Source: Candidatus Tayloriibacteriota bacterium (GTDB lineage: Bacteria; Patescibacteriota; Minisyncoccia; Phycocordibacterales; PALSA-1337). From it: a stretch of 64,000 nt of DNA. Positions 29,774 to 39,459 of the stretch are shown piece by piece; the first letter of the stretch is position 1; each line of letters starts with the position of its first letter. The position numbers and the translations under genes are program-made. The stretch covers positions 91,787 to 155,786 of the forward strand of contig JACRJP010000004.1 in assembly GCA_016215455.1 (NCBI GenBank), in the 5' to 3' direction. The notes beneath the pieces were generated by a model that saw only the letters and a program-made list of their open reading frames with translations, was not told where the DNA came from and did no database searches.

Positions 29774-30073
29774 ATGAGCGAAGTCGCTCCTCACATCACG
29801 TGCACCATTCTTTGGAATGGTGGGTGGGATGATTACCTCGTTGATATCAGTGAGACCACTGATGCCCCTGCAACTGGAATTGGTCCCGATTGGTGGAAAC
29901 ATCATCCAAACGGAACCTTTACCACACCAGGTGGTTGGTGGATCCTGTGTCGTTACTTGAACTACGACCAGTTCAACGGTAATCCTGCCATACCCAACCC
30001 CCAAAAAGGCAGGGGTGTATATCCTGACACCAAAGGGATACGCATCCTCAAACATCTTGGTGGAGGCGATTAA
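29774..30073 (+). CDS. orphan Trp/Gly/Pro-rich protein (99 aa)
   Basis: ORF with purine-rich GAAAGGAAG upstream, own promoter and 3' hairpins. Confidence 0.6.
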   Translation: MSEVAPHITCTILWNGGWDDYLVDISETTDAPATGIGPDWWKHHPNGTFTTPGGWWILCRYLNYDQFNGNPAIPNPQKGRGVYPDTKGIRILKHLGGGD

Positions 30074-30165
30074 ACAACTAACCGAGGGCCTCGTATGCCA
30101 GCCGGATAAATCAGCACGGTCACACCATTCGGGATGTGATCATTTTTATTTTTAAACTTTATAAC

Positions 30166-30200
30166 CCTACTTCTTTGAAATAATTGTCTTCTTATACGTA
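30166..30200. repeat. direct repeat copy 2 (actual 3' end of the mreB paralogue)
   Basis: Encodes ..YKKTIISKK* on the minus strand. Confidence 0.92.
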
Positions 30201-31180
30201 TCGAGGTGATCGAGTGCAATACCAGTTCCCTTTACCACACAAAAGAGTGCATCATCAGCAAGACGAGCCTTTACTCCAGTTCGTCGATACACAAGTTCAG
30301 GAAGGTTACGGAGAAGTGATGAACCGCCAGTCATAGTAATACCCTGATCGATAATATCAGCAGCAAGCTCGGGTGGAGTTTCTTGAAGGACATCTTTGAT
30401 CGCCTTGATCATATCCCGAAGTTCTTTATTAATCGCCTTTACGATTTCATTTGTTTTAATCTCTGTTGAACGTGGAAGACCTGAAACAAAATCACGTCCC
30501 TTCACTGTCATGACAAATTCTTCTTCAAGTGGAATAGCTGAACCAATTTTAATTTTAATTTGTTCTGATGTCTTATCACCGATAGCAAGATTGAATGTCT
30601 TCTTTATATAATCAGCAATAGCAGCATCAATACGATCACCAGCACATTTTACTGATGTACACGCCACAATACCTCCAAGTGAAATCACCGCAACATCAGT
30701 TGTACCTCCTCCGATATCAACTACCATGTGTCCAACTGCTTCTTGAATAGGGATACCGGCACCAATAGCTGCGAGAATCGGCTCCTTAACCACGTACGCA
30801 TTTTTGGCCCCTGCCTTAAGTGCAGCTTCAATCACCGCACGACGTTCAGTCGATGTAATACCAGCGGGTACTGACACCATGACATCGGGTTTGAAAATAT
30901 TCCACTTCCCTAAGGCTTTATCAATAAAATAACGAAGCATCGCTTCAGTCACACGATAGTCAGCAATTACCCCATCACGCATCGGTCGATATGCAATGAT
31001 ATTTTCAGGAGTACGCCCAATCATCTCTTTGGCATCAAGACCTACTGCCAAGATCTTCTTATCATGTTCAGACACTGCAACAACCGAAGGTTCATTCAAA
31101 ACAACCCCTTTTCCAGGAACAAAAACAAGAGTGTTTGCTGTCCCAAGATCAATACCGATTTTTTTACTCCAGAGTGACAT
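30167..31180 (-). CDS. mreB: second MreB/Mbl-family actin
   Basis: GIDLGTANT, VDIGGGTT, TGGSSLL. Confidence 0.92.
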   Translation of the reverse strand: MSLWSKKIGIDLGTANTLVFVPGKGVVLNEPSVVAVSEHDKKILAVGLDAKEMIGRTPENIIAYRPMRDGVIADYRVTEAMLRYFIDKALGKWNIFKPDVMVSVPAGITSTERRAVIEAALKAGAKNAYVVKEPILAAIGAGIPIQEAVGHMVVDIGGGTTDVAVISLGGIVACTSVKCAGDRIDAAIADYIKKTFNLAIGDKTSEQIKIKIGSAIPLEEEFVMTVKGRDFVSGLPRSTEIKTNEIVKAINKELRDMIKAIKDVLQETPPELAADIIDQGITMTGGSSLLRNLPELVYRRTGVKARLADDALFCVVKGTGIALDHLDTYKKTIISKK

Positions 31181-31205
31181 AGCGCCACTATAACATATTT
31201 ACAAA

Positions 31206-32033
31206 CTATATAACAAAATCTGGTTGCTGCGCTCTTCGCTCCACTTCTTCGTTGAAAAGTCTCGCTATAATATCAAAAGGGACCTCCTTAAAATCAGGAC
31301 CAATTTCATTCGACATAGTATGAAAGACGAGTTCGGGGAAATTTAAATATTTGTCGCTATAATTCACCTTACCTACAAAAAAGCTACCTGGTCGTAAAAA
31401 TCTACCAACCGTAGCCTCTTTTAATTCAGAGTGCTGAGCAAGTATCTCACCACAACAATCTTTCATTTTCATCAAAGTTTGATCATCAATCGTTTTCATA
31501 TATGAACCGATAATCTTCGAATCGAAATCATACCCGGTGTCAGCTCTTCGCTCTTCTTCAGTAACGCGAATAGTTTCAGATAGAATATCCTCTAATTCTT
31601 GACCACTTATTTCAAGATCTCTAAATCGTATCCCGTCATCATGCTTTGCTCGATCAGAAGGAAGAGTAGCAAGATGGACTTTTTTAAATACACCATCTAT
31701 AAATTCTTCAAAAGTAGGAGGTGCTGGATGGTTGAGAAATGTAGAGTTGGATACCAATCTATCGTAGCCATCTCCACGACGTGACATTTGTCTTAAAAAA
31801 TAATCAAGCCCACCGTGTGTCGCTCGTGACGGAACTTCGGAAGACCAATCGAGTGAGCCTTTAAGACCCGCAATCTTGTCTCGTATTTGGGTAAGACGAC
31901 GTACTGACATATGAAAAGACGCTATTCCTTCCTGAAATTGTGTAAGAAATGCATCGCGAAGCTCTCGAATCTTTTCTGCACGAGCATCAGGGATGACAGG
32001 AGCTTCGGATTCAGCAGATGGAAATTCATTCAT
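31206..32033 (-). CDS. hypothetical protein
   Basis: 275-aa ORF with TATAAT upstream; no motif recognised. Confidence 0.65.
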   Translation of the reverse strand: MNEFPSAESEAPVIPDARAEKIRELRDAFLTQFQEGIASFHMSVRRLTQIRDKIAGLKGSLDWSSEVPSRATHGGLDYFLRQMSRRGDGYDRLVSNSTFLNHPAPPTFEEFIDGVFKKVHLATLPSDRAKHDDGIRFRDLEISGQELEDILSETIRVTEEERRADTGYDFDSKIIGSYMKTIDDQTLMKMKDCCGEILAQHSELKEATVGRFLRPGSFFVGKVNYSDKYLNFPELVFHTMSNEIGPDFKEVPFDIIARLFNEEVERRAQQPDFVI

Positions 32034-32062
32034 GGTAATAAAATTATAGCATACAGCATTTT

Positions 32063-33136
32063 TTAACGAAGCATCTCCAAAAAATCAACGCTAGACACTT
32101 TCACACTCTGAGGAACAACATGAATTTTCTTGTCTATACCAAGAAGTTCTGCTAATCCGTTCACTGTACGAACAAAATTCAAACCATTCAGCAAAAGATT
32201 CTTTTCATGCTCATCAATCTCAGTACCCAAAGAAAGTTTTATGAGAATCGCTACAGTTTTATCCATCACACGATTATCACCTGGATATCGTGCATCGACC
32301 AAAGAATATGAGATTTTATCTTCTTTTTGATACACAACGACATTATCCTGTCCTGCAAGATCGAGTATTTCTCCAGTGTCTTCTGTATAGATAATTATTT
32401 TCTTAATTAATTCCCGTAACAATTTGTGTACATTTTCGTCAGTTTCAGACGCACTAAGAAGAGCTCGTAATGAATCCGAGGATTGAACACTAAGAAATTC
32501 TTCTTTATCCAATTTTTCTTCTGTACCTTGCTCAAAAACTAAACGATCAGTTATCTTCTTGTATACGTCAGCGCGTACCCCTTCTTTTTCAGCATATCCC
32601 GTAACAAGAGAAAGGCGATCAGGATCATTCATAGCCTCCACTCGTTTCTGTATTGTGATAACACTCCACGCTTCATTAATTTCAGGTATTACACCTTCTC
32701 TACAAACAACCTTCAATATATCTTGGGTAACAGGAATTTTGATTAAAGCCTCTTTTTGACCAGGAACATGCTCAGCTCCAAAATACTGTTTGAGTTGTTG
32801 ATGATAAACCCCCTCTCTTTTAAGAAAATCTTGTACAGCAGATTTTACCTCTTCTTCCAATGAATCAGCAGGTAATCCGTGTGTCATATTCCATTCAAGT
32901 ATCCCTCTCAGTGCCTCTGTCGCAACTTTCACCACAACACCTTGATGCTCTGGTATGTCGTATACAATATGCTCTCCACCTTTTGCTATAAATTTTGGTT
33001 GATATCTTGTAACTAAATCATGCTCAACCGCATTAAGAGTAAATCTTTCTTCCTCAGGAACAGTTCTCTCAACCGCCGTAGAATCTGTTTCTGTCAGAAT
33101 GTCGTTAGGGGTAGTTTTGAGAGTTTCAGGACTCAT
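32063..33136 (-). CDS. hypothetical protein with protein-kinase-like motifs
   Basis: IAKGGEHIVY...VVVKV; DLAGQDNVV...LVD. Confidence 0.55.
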   Translation of the reverse strand: MSPETLKTTPNDILTETDSTAVERTVPEEERFTLNAVEHDLVTRYQPKFIAKGGEHIVYDIPEHQGVVVKVATEALRGILEWNMTHGLPADSLEEEVKSAVQDFLKREGVYHQQLKQYFGAEHVPGQKEALIKIPVTQDILKVVCREGVIPEINEAWSVITIQKRVEAMNDPDRLSLVTGYAEKEGVRADVYKKITDRLVFEQGTEEKLDKEEFLSVQSSDSLRALLSASETDENVHKLLRELIKKIIIYTEDTGEILDLAGQDNVVVYQKEDKISYSLVDARYPGDNRVMDKTVAILIKLSLGTEIDEHEKNLLLNGLNFVRTVNGLAELLGIDKKIHVVPQSVKVSSVDFLEMLR

Positions 33137-33194
33137 CCGCCTATTCTAACAGAACATCATCCCAGGTAACAGTCAGCTAGATATACACATTTTA

Positions 33195-33227
33195 TTGACT
33201 AGATTTATATATAGCATATATGCTATA
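33195..33227 (+). promoter_or_regulatory. promoter with perfect 18-bp palindromic operator
   Basis: TTGACT (33195) and TATGCT (33219), overlapped by TATAGCATATATGCTATA (33210-33227). Confidence 0.65.
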
Positions 33228-33258
33228 CTACTAACCATACGTACAATAAAAGGAATCA

Positions 33259-34791
33259 ATGAAAAATTCAAAGAAAACAAACAATCCCCTCGTGAATATC
33301 GGTAAGATGATTAGCCAACTTCGTGAAGATCGTCGCATGACACAGTCTGAGCTTGCTAAGAAAATCGACACCACTCAAAGTGTTGTCGCTCGTATTGAAA
33401 CAGGTGAACAAAATATTAGTACTGAAACACTTTCAAAAATAAGTGCGGCACTTGATCGTGAAATTGTTACCATTGCTCCAAAAGGTATGCTCAACTTTCG
33501 TGTTGAAGGTGGTCGTAAACTTTCAGGAACTATCGTCGTTCGACCATCTAAGAATGGTACAGTAGGTGTAATGTGTGCATCTCTTTTGAATAAAGGTACG
33601 ACAACAATCAAAAATGCTCCGAAGATCGAAGAAGTGTATCGAATTGCTGAGGTACTCGAAAGTATTGGAGTGAACGTAGAATGGAAAGGTAAAGATCTCC
33701 TTATCACTCCTCCTAAAAAGATTACCATCGACAAAATCGATGTAGAAAATGCTGCCAAAACTCGCAGTGCCATTATGATCATGGGTCCCCTTCTCCATGA
33801 ATTCAAGAAGTTTAATCTTCCTCAGGCTGGAGGTTGTCGACTTGGATCACGAACAGTAAAACCCTACTTTTATGCTCTTGAACGAGTGGGTGTAAAGATT
33901 GAAACGGAATCAGATCACTATGCAATTTCACACAATGGTCTCAAAAAAGACAGTGAGATCATCATGTATGAATCTGGTGACACTGCAACTGAAACAGTTC
34001 TCATGGCTGCTGCACGAATTCCAGGAAAGACTGTTATCAAATTTGCTTCACCGAACTACCAAGTACAAGATGTCTGTTTCTATCTCGAGGCCTTGGGAGT
34101 GAAGATAGAAGGTATTGGAACGGCGTACCTCACTGTTTACGGCAAAGAGAATATCGATACAAACATTGAATACTCTGTAACTGAAGATCCAATTGAGGCT
34201 ATGTCACTTCTTGCAGTAGCAATTGTTACCAAGTCATCTATTACTATTGAGCGCTGCCCTATCGACTTTCTCGAACTCGAACTCTACAAACTCGAAAAGA
34301 TGGGTTTCAAATATAAAATAGTACGACGTTATACAGCAGCAAATGGATCCGCACATCTCGCCGACATTACCACATTCCCTTCACAACTCGTGGCACTCGA
34401 GGAAAAAATTCACGCAATGCACCCTGGTATTAACATGGATAACCTCCCTTTCTTTGCTATCATCGGTACACAAGCAGAAGGTCAGACATTCATCCATGAT
34501 TGGAGTTTTGAAGAACGAGCTATCTACTACAAGGAACTTGATAAGATGCGTGCTGATACGATTCTTGCCGATCCACACCGCTTCTATGTCAAAGGCCCTA
34601 CAAAGCTCAAGGCAACAGAAATTGTCTGTCCCCCAGCACTACGCCCTTCAGTGATTATTCTCATTGGTATGCTCGCAGCTGAAGGAACATCAATCCTTCG
34701 TGGAGTCTATAACATCAATCGTGGCTACGAAGACCTCGCTGAACGACTCAATTCTATTGGTGCAAAAATCGAAACATTCCGAGATTTGTAA
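33259..34791 (+). CDS. murA: XRE-HTH fused UDP-GlcNAc 1-carboxyvinyltransferase
   Basis: N-terminal MTQSELAKKIDTTQSVVARIETG HTH; SKN, AGGCRLGSR, INRGYE motifs. Confidence 0.92.
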   Translation: MKNSKKTNNPLVNIGKMISQLREDRRMTQSELAKKIDTTQSVVARIETGEQNISTETLSKISAALDREIVTIAPKGMLNFRVEGGRKLSGTIVVRPSKNGTVGVMCASLLNKGTTTIKNAPKIEEVYRIAEVLESIGVNVEWKGKDLLITPPKKITIDKIDVENAAKTRSAIMIMGPLLHEFKKFNLPQAGGCRLGSRTVKPYFYALERVGVKIETESDHYAISHNGLKKDSEIIMYESGDTATETVLMAAARIPGKTVIKFASPNYQVQDVCFYLEALGVKIEGIGTAYLTVYGKENIDTNIEYSVTEDPIEAMSLLAVAIVTKSSITIERCPIDFLELELYKLEKMGFKYKIVRRYTAANGSAHLADITTFPSQLVALEEKIHAMHPGINMDNLPFFAIIGTQAEGQTFIHDWSFEERAIYYKELDKMRADTILADPHRFYVKGPTKLKATEIVCPPALRPSVIILIGMLAAEGTSILRGVYNINRGYEDLAERLNSIGAKIETFRDL

Positions 34792-34822
34792 AAAGTCTAT
34801 CTGAGTTTGCTATACTGTAGCT

Positions 34823-36733
34823 ATGAACGTCATTGAGGTTATACCGATCGCCCGAACCATTGGTACTGAGACCCTTTCCTATTTCACCGGAGAGAATATT
34901 CCCCTTGGAGCTCTCGTTAAGGTTCCTCTTCGTAAAAAGAAGATCAATGCAATTGTTGTCGCTACTCATCCAGTGAGTGATGTTAAGTCACATGTAAAAA
35001 CAGCTGACTTCAGTATGAGAAAAATCGATGAACTTACTTCAACGAAATTTCTCTCTCCTGAATTCATGAAAGCGGTACAAAAAACATCAACATATTTTGC
35101 GGCACCAATTGGATCAATCCTCACTCAAACTGTTGCAGGAGGACTCTTTTCATATCCTGATAAGATTGTGCCGAAACTCCCTCAACCTTCAACCTACTCA
35201 CCGATGGATCGTTTTGTTGTTCAAGGAGATGATCTCGAACGTAGCTCGCATCACAAAAGTCTCATCCGACAAGAATTCGCCCGCAAACGCTCAGTAGTCA
35301 TTCTCGTACCAACTGTCGAAGATGGGACGTATATGCATAAGCTTATCGAAAAAGGTATTGAAGAATACACTGTTTTCCTTCATGCGGGTATTACAAAAAA
35401 AGCCCTCAAAGAAACTTTGCATAAAATTCAAAACGAACCACATCCAATGGTTATTTTTGCTACAGGACCTTTCCTTGCTCTTCCTCGCACCGACATTGCC
35501 ACAATCATTATCGAACGTGAAAATGGTAAAGGGTACCGTACACCAAAACGTCCATACATTGACTATCGAGTATTCGCAGAATTTCTCGCTTTCGAAAGCA
35601 ACGCTCGTTTGTATGTTGGTGACATACTTCTTCGCACCGAAACTCTTGAACGACAAAGTCGAGGTGAATTCGTTGAATCACCTCCTTTCAAATGGCGATC
35701 TCTTTCAACAGCAGAAGATTCTTTAATCGACATGCGACCTGATCGAAATAGAGATGCCCCTCTTGAGAAATTTAGAATTCTCTCACCTCTTGCCGAGACA
35801 GTCATTCAAACAACTCGAACACAGAGTGAACATATGATAATTTACGCAACCCGACGAGGAGTTGCTCCCATGACCGTATGTGGTGATTGCCAAAATATCG
35901 TGACGTGCCGAAAGTGTAGTGCCCCTGTCGTCCTTCATGAGCCAAAAGCACAGGTTCAAGGTGATAGTGTTCCCTTTTTCCTTTGCCATCGCTGTGGTGA
36001 TCGACGTGGAGCAGATGAAACATGTTCAGTGTGTGATAGCTGGAAGCTTGGTACTGTTGGTATTGGTATTGATCTCATTGCAAAAAAGCTACGTGACAAA
36101 TTTACTGACATAAAACTATACATCATCGACGCTGATACAACTCCAACAGAAAAAGCAGTCAAAGAAACCATTGCAAAATGGCGTGCTGCGCCAGGAAGTA
36201 TTCTATTAGGTACTGATATGATGCTATCGTACCTCCATGAACCTGTACACAATGTCTTGATTGTCTCACTTGATTCTCTTTTCTCGCTCCCTGATTTTCG
36301 TATTCAAGAAAAAATAGTGTATACCCTCACTAAGCTCCGTACCCTTGCTACCTCAACGTTTATCCTCCAAACACGAAAACCTCATGAAAAAGTTCTTGAA
36401 TATGCACTCAAAGGAAATCTTGCAGACTTTCATCGTCTTCATATAGCTGAACGCAAACAATTCAATTACCCACCGTTTTCTGTTCTCATAAAAATTACTC
36501 TTGAAGGTAAGCGTGATCAAATTGTAAAAGAAATGGAAGAATTACAATCATTCCTTGCACCATTCGAGATCGAAGTATTTCCTGCATTTACCCACACAGT
36601 TCGAGGTAACCACGTACTTCACGGTCTTCTCCGCATTCCTCGCGAACAATGGCCACTCCCTGAACTCGTAACAAAACTTCAATCACTTCCACCATATGTT
36701 GCCCTACGAGTTGATCCAGAAAGTTTGTTGTAA
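34823..36733 (+). CDS. priA: primosomal protein N' (PriA), helicase motifs degenerate
   Basis: GALVKVP 3'-binding domain, four CxxC, SLPDFR, YPPF, VDP; Walker A and DExH absent. Confidence 0.85.
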   Translation: MNVIEVIPIARTIGTETLSYFTGENIPLGALVKVPLRKKKINAIVVATHPVSDVKSHVKTADFSMRKIDELTSTKFLSPEFMKAVQKTSTYFAAPIGSILTQTVAGGLFSYPDKIVPKLPQPSTYSPMDRFVVQGDDLERSSHHKSLIRQEFARKRSVVILVPTVEDGTYMHKLIEKGIEEYTVFLHAGITKKALKETLHKIQNEPHPMVIFATGPFLALPRTDIATIIIERENGKGYRTPKRPYIDYRVFAEFLAFESNARLYVGDILLRTETLERQSRGEFVESPPFKWRSLSTAEDSLIDMRPDRNRDAPLEKFRILSPLAETVIQTTRTQSEHMIIYATRRGVAPMTVCGDCQNIVTCRKCSAPVVLHEPKAQVQGDSVPFFLCHRCGDRRGADETCSVCDSWKLGTVGIGIDLIAKKLRDKFTDIKLYIIDADTTPTEKAVKETIAKWRAAPGSILLGTDMMLSYLHEPVHNVLIVSLDSLFSLPDFRIQEKIVYTLTKLRTLATSTFILQTRKPHEKVLEYALKGNLADFHRLHIAERKQFNYPPFSVLIKITLEGKRDQIVKEMEELQSFLAPFEIEVFPAFTHTVRGNHVLHGLLRIPREQWPLPELVTKLQSLPPYVALRVDPESLL

Positions 36734-36796
36734 ATAAGGTGTTTCATAATGACAAGGTAGTTTGATTTAAACTCATTTTCATTGTATAGTATTTTC

Positions 36797-37348
36797 ATGG
36801 TAGATATCATCCAAAATGGTAATCCAATACTCCGCGAAGTCGCGCATCCAGTCTCCCTTGAGGAGTGTGGTTCTTCACGTATCAAGAAAGTCATCTCGGA
36901 TATGCGCGAAGCATTAGCCTCACAAAGTGACGGCGTTGCAATTGCTGCGCCTCAAATCGCTCAATCACTACGAATATTTCTTGTATCAGGTAAAGTTCTC
37001 AAGGAAGCTAATCCAGAACTCTATAAAGACCTCCCTGATGAAATAGTTTTCATTAATCCTGAAATTACAAAACTCTCAAAAGAAACTCAGATTCTTGAAG
37101 AAGGCTGTCTCAGTGTTCGATGGTTATATGGAAAGGTAAAACGCTCAAAAAAAGCATCGATCAGAGCATACGATGTGACAGGTAAGAAATTTGAACGTGG
37201 AGCAAGTGGTCTTCTTGCTCAGATATTCCAACACGAAGTGGATCATTTAAACGGTGTGCTCTTTATTGATAAGGCATTTGATATTGAAGAGGTTCTTCCT
37301 GAACATATCGAAGCTCGAACAAAAAACAAGAAAAAGTTGTCAGAATAA
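36797..37348 (+). CDS. def: peptide deformylase
   Basis: GVAIAAPQ, EGCLS, QHEVDHLNG. Confidence 0.96.
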   Translation: MVDIIQNGNPILREVAHPVSLEECGSSRIKKVISDMREALASQSDGVAIAAPQIAQSLRIFLVSGKVLKEANPELYKDLPDEIVFINPEITKLSKETQILEEGCLSVRWLYGKVKRSKKASIRAYDVTGKKFERGASGLLAQIFQHEVDHLNGVLFIDKAFDIEEVLPEHIEARTKNKKKLSE

Positions 37349-37362
37349 GCTACAATACTCTC

Positions 37363-38193
37363 ATGATTCCTTTTGTCTATTTCGGCAGCTCGCAGTTTTC
37401 AGTTTTCATACTTGATGAACTTGAGAAATTAGGTTTTCTTCCAACTCTCATCGTCTCTACTCCTGATAAGCCACAGGGACGTAAACTTGTCATGACTCCG
37501 ACTCCTGTGACACTCTGGGCTCGAACACGAAAAATTCCTACATTTACTCCAGAGAGTCTCAATAGTGCAGCAATCAATCATATCAAAGACATTGGTGCGG
37601 ATATTTTTATTGTTGCTTCATACGGAAAGATCCTTCCAAAAGAACTCATTAATCTTCCTAAATACAAAACGATTAACGTACACCCTTCTTTGCTTCCAAA
37701 GTACCGAGGACCATCTCCTCTTCAATCAATGATTCTTGCTGATGATAAGGAAACGGGTACTTCAATTATGATAATTGATGAAAAGATGGATCATGGTCCA
37801 CTTCTTGGACAAGCAACACTTACTATATATGACTGGCCACCACTCCTGGAACTCAAGCGTCAGATGGCAGTTCTTAGTGTACAAGTACTCGCTGAAGTAT
37901 TACCTCAATGGATTGCTGGAACACTTACCCCTAAAGAACAAGATCATTCTCAGGCGACCTATACAAAGAAAATAACCAAAGAAGATGGTCGCATTGATCT
38001 CAAAGAAGATCCGTACTATAACTTTCGGAAAATTCAAGCATATAGTGGCTGGCCTTCAGCATTCTTTTTTACTGAACGACATAACAAAAAGATACGCGTC
38101 AAAATTACGAGTGCTCGCTTTGAAAAAGACAAACTCATCATCGACAAAGTTATTCCCGAAGGAAAAGGAGAGATTCCATTTCGAGACCTTTAA
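37363..38193 (+). CDS. fmt: methionyl-tRNA formyltransferase
   Basis: PDKPQGR, NVHPSLLPKYRG, MDHG; follows def. Confidence 0.95.
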   Translation: MIPFVYFGSSQFSVFILDELEKLGFLPTLIVSTPDKPQGRKLVMTPTPVTLWARTRKIPTFTPESLNSAAINHIKDIGADIFIVASYGKILPKELINLPKYKTINVHPSLLPKYRGPSPLQSMILADDKETGTSIMIIDEKMDHGPLLGQATLTIYDWPPLLELKRQMAVLSVQVLAEVLPQWIAGTLTPKEQDHSQATYTKKITKEDGRIDLKEDPYYNFRKIQAYSGWPSAFFFTERHNKKIRVKITSARFEKDKLIIDKVIPEGKGEIPFRDL

Positions 38194-38195
38194 TC

Positions 38196-38396
38196 TTATT
38201 TACTACGAATTGTATCGTTAGAACTCTTTGCAGAGGAACTTCCTATCTCACGGAGCACTTCTTCTTCAATTGCAAGATTATCTCCAATCGCTTGTGCCTT
38301 GTGAGTAAAGTAATAAAGAACTGTCCAAAAAGCCATGAGCGCTGTGAGAAGAATACAGAGCGGTGAACTTACTTTTTGAACCAAAAATTCTTTCAT
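38196..38396 (-). CDS. small single-TM protein
   Basis: 66 aa with one TM; TATACT 8 nt upstream of ATG. Confidence 0.55.
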   Translation of the reverse strand: MKEFLVQKVSSPLCILLTALMAFWTVLYYFTHKAQAIGDNLAIEEEVLREIGSSSAKSSNDTIRSK

Positions 38397-38414
38397 GAAA
38401 TTTGAGTATAGATA

Positions 38415-38801
38415 CTAAGATTGTACAACATCATCACTTCCAAACAAACCCTTAATCATTGATTTTACTTTTGCTCCACCTTTTCGCATCATTGATACTT
38501 TCTTATCTTTCAAGCCAGTGAGCTTACTCATTACTTCATCTCGTACCATATCAATCGCTGAATAGAGATCTGTTGTTTCTTTTGCAACGTATATTTCTTG
38601 TCCCTTGAGATGGACTCGTACTTCTGCACGGAAGATATCACCGTGCTTATGGTGACTTGATGTCTTACCTACTTCCACATGACACACAGTATCAGGAGAA
38701 TGACGATCAATGAATTTTGAGACGCCTTCGAGTTTCTTGCTAATGTAATCTGAAATTGCTGGAGTTAATTCAATATTTGAACCTTTTACGTTAATGTTCA
38801 T
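38415..38801 (-). CDS. hpf: ribosome hibernation promoting factor (HPF/RaiA)
   Basis: MNINVKGSNIELTPAISDY..KL, DLYSAID. Confidence 0.92.
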   Translation of the reverse strand: MNINVKGSNIELTPAISDYISKKLEGVSKFIDRHSPDTVCHVEVGKTSSHHKHGDIFRAEVRVHLKGQEIYVAKETTDLYSAIDMVRDEVMSKLTGLKDKKVSMMRKGGAKVKSMIKGLFGSDDVVQS

Positions 38802-38934
38802 ATGTGTTGTAGATTAGCGTGTAATGAAACTCTTACTTCTTTAGTATACCTCGAGAAGAGCATGGTTCAAAATGGTTTTGACACATGTATAAAGATGGTG
38901 TATAAAGTGGTCCAGACATATCCACATATCTCGT

Positions 38935-39453
38935 ATGAATTTCCCTGAAGAAACATTTTTCAAGGGGAAGTTCTATGTAATAACTCCCCTTTCAGTCTAC
39001 GAAATCGTTACCAGAGGACTCTGGAGCGGTGTTACGGCACATAAGATTGCAACGAGAGAACCTTATGACCTACAGCAACGTCAATTGGGTCAACCGTTAT
39101 ATGGTGGGATTTTTCTCGCCATTACACGAAATGGTATTTTGAAATACGGAGGGTGCACCTATACAGGACCGTTTCAAAAACCAGGACAAAAAGCTCCTGT
39201 ATTTGATCAAGTTTCTCGAAAACGTCGAGGAACCTATAGCGACACAGTCGTTGCGCTATGCTTTGATCTTGACCAAGCTTTTACGTGTCACGATATTTAC
39301 CCAAAAGAGAGTTTTGATCCTCGTTGGGAAGAATCTACACGCGAAGTGCTCCAGAAAATTGGACATGAGCATCCATTCATTGGACTCTGTCTCACAGGAC
39401 CTGAAGCACTCCCTCTCCACATTCATCCACCGCGGCTTGCGCATGGAATGTAG
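38935..39453 (+). CDS. orphan hypothetical protein (172 aa)
   Basis: Own promoter TTGACA-17-TATAAA at 38878. Confidence 0.6.
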   Translation: MNFPEETFFKGKFYVITPLSVYEIVTRGLWSGVTAHKIATREPYDLQQRQLGQPLYGGIFLAITRNGILKYGGCTYTGPFQKPGQKAPVFDQVSRKRRGTYSDTVVALCFDLDQAFTCHDIYPKESFDPRWEESTREVLQKIGHEHPFIGLCLTGPEALPLHIHPPRLAHGM

Positions 39454-39459
39454 GACTTT

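Larger units (their letters stand above)
29559..30200. mobile_element. 607-bp inserted single-gene cassette bounded by direct repeats
   Basis: 35-bp direct repeats enclose promoter, structured leader, ORF and terminator; no recombinase gene. Confidence 0.55.

Noticed and set aside
21682-31180. Two mreB genes as a novelty or assembly duplication
   Set aside because: They are clearly diverged paralogues, and multiple MreB-family genes are common
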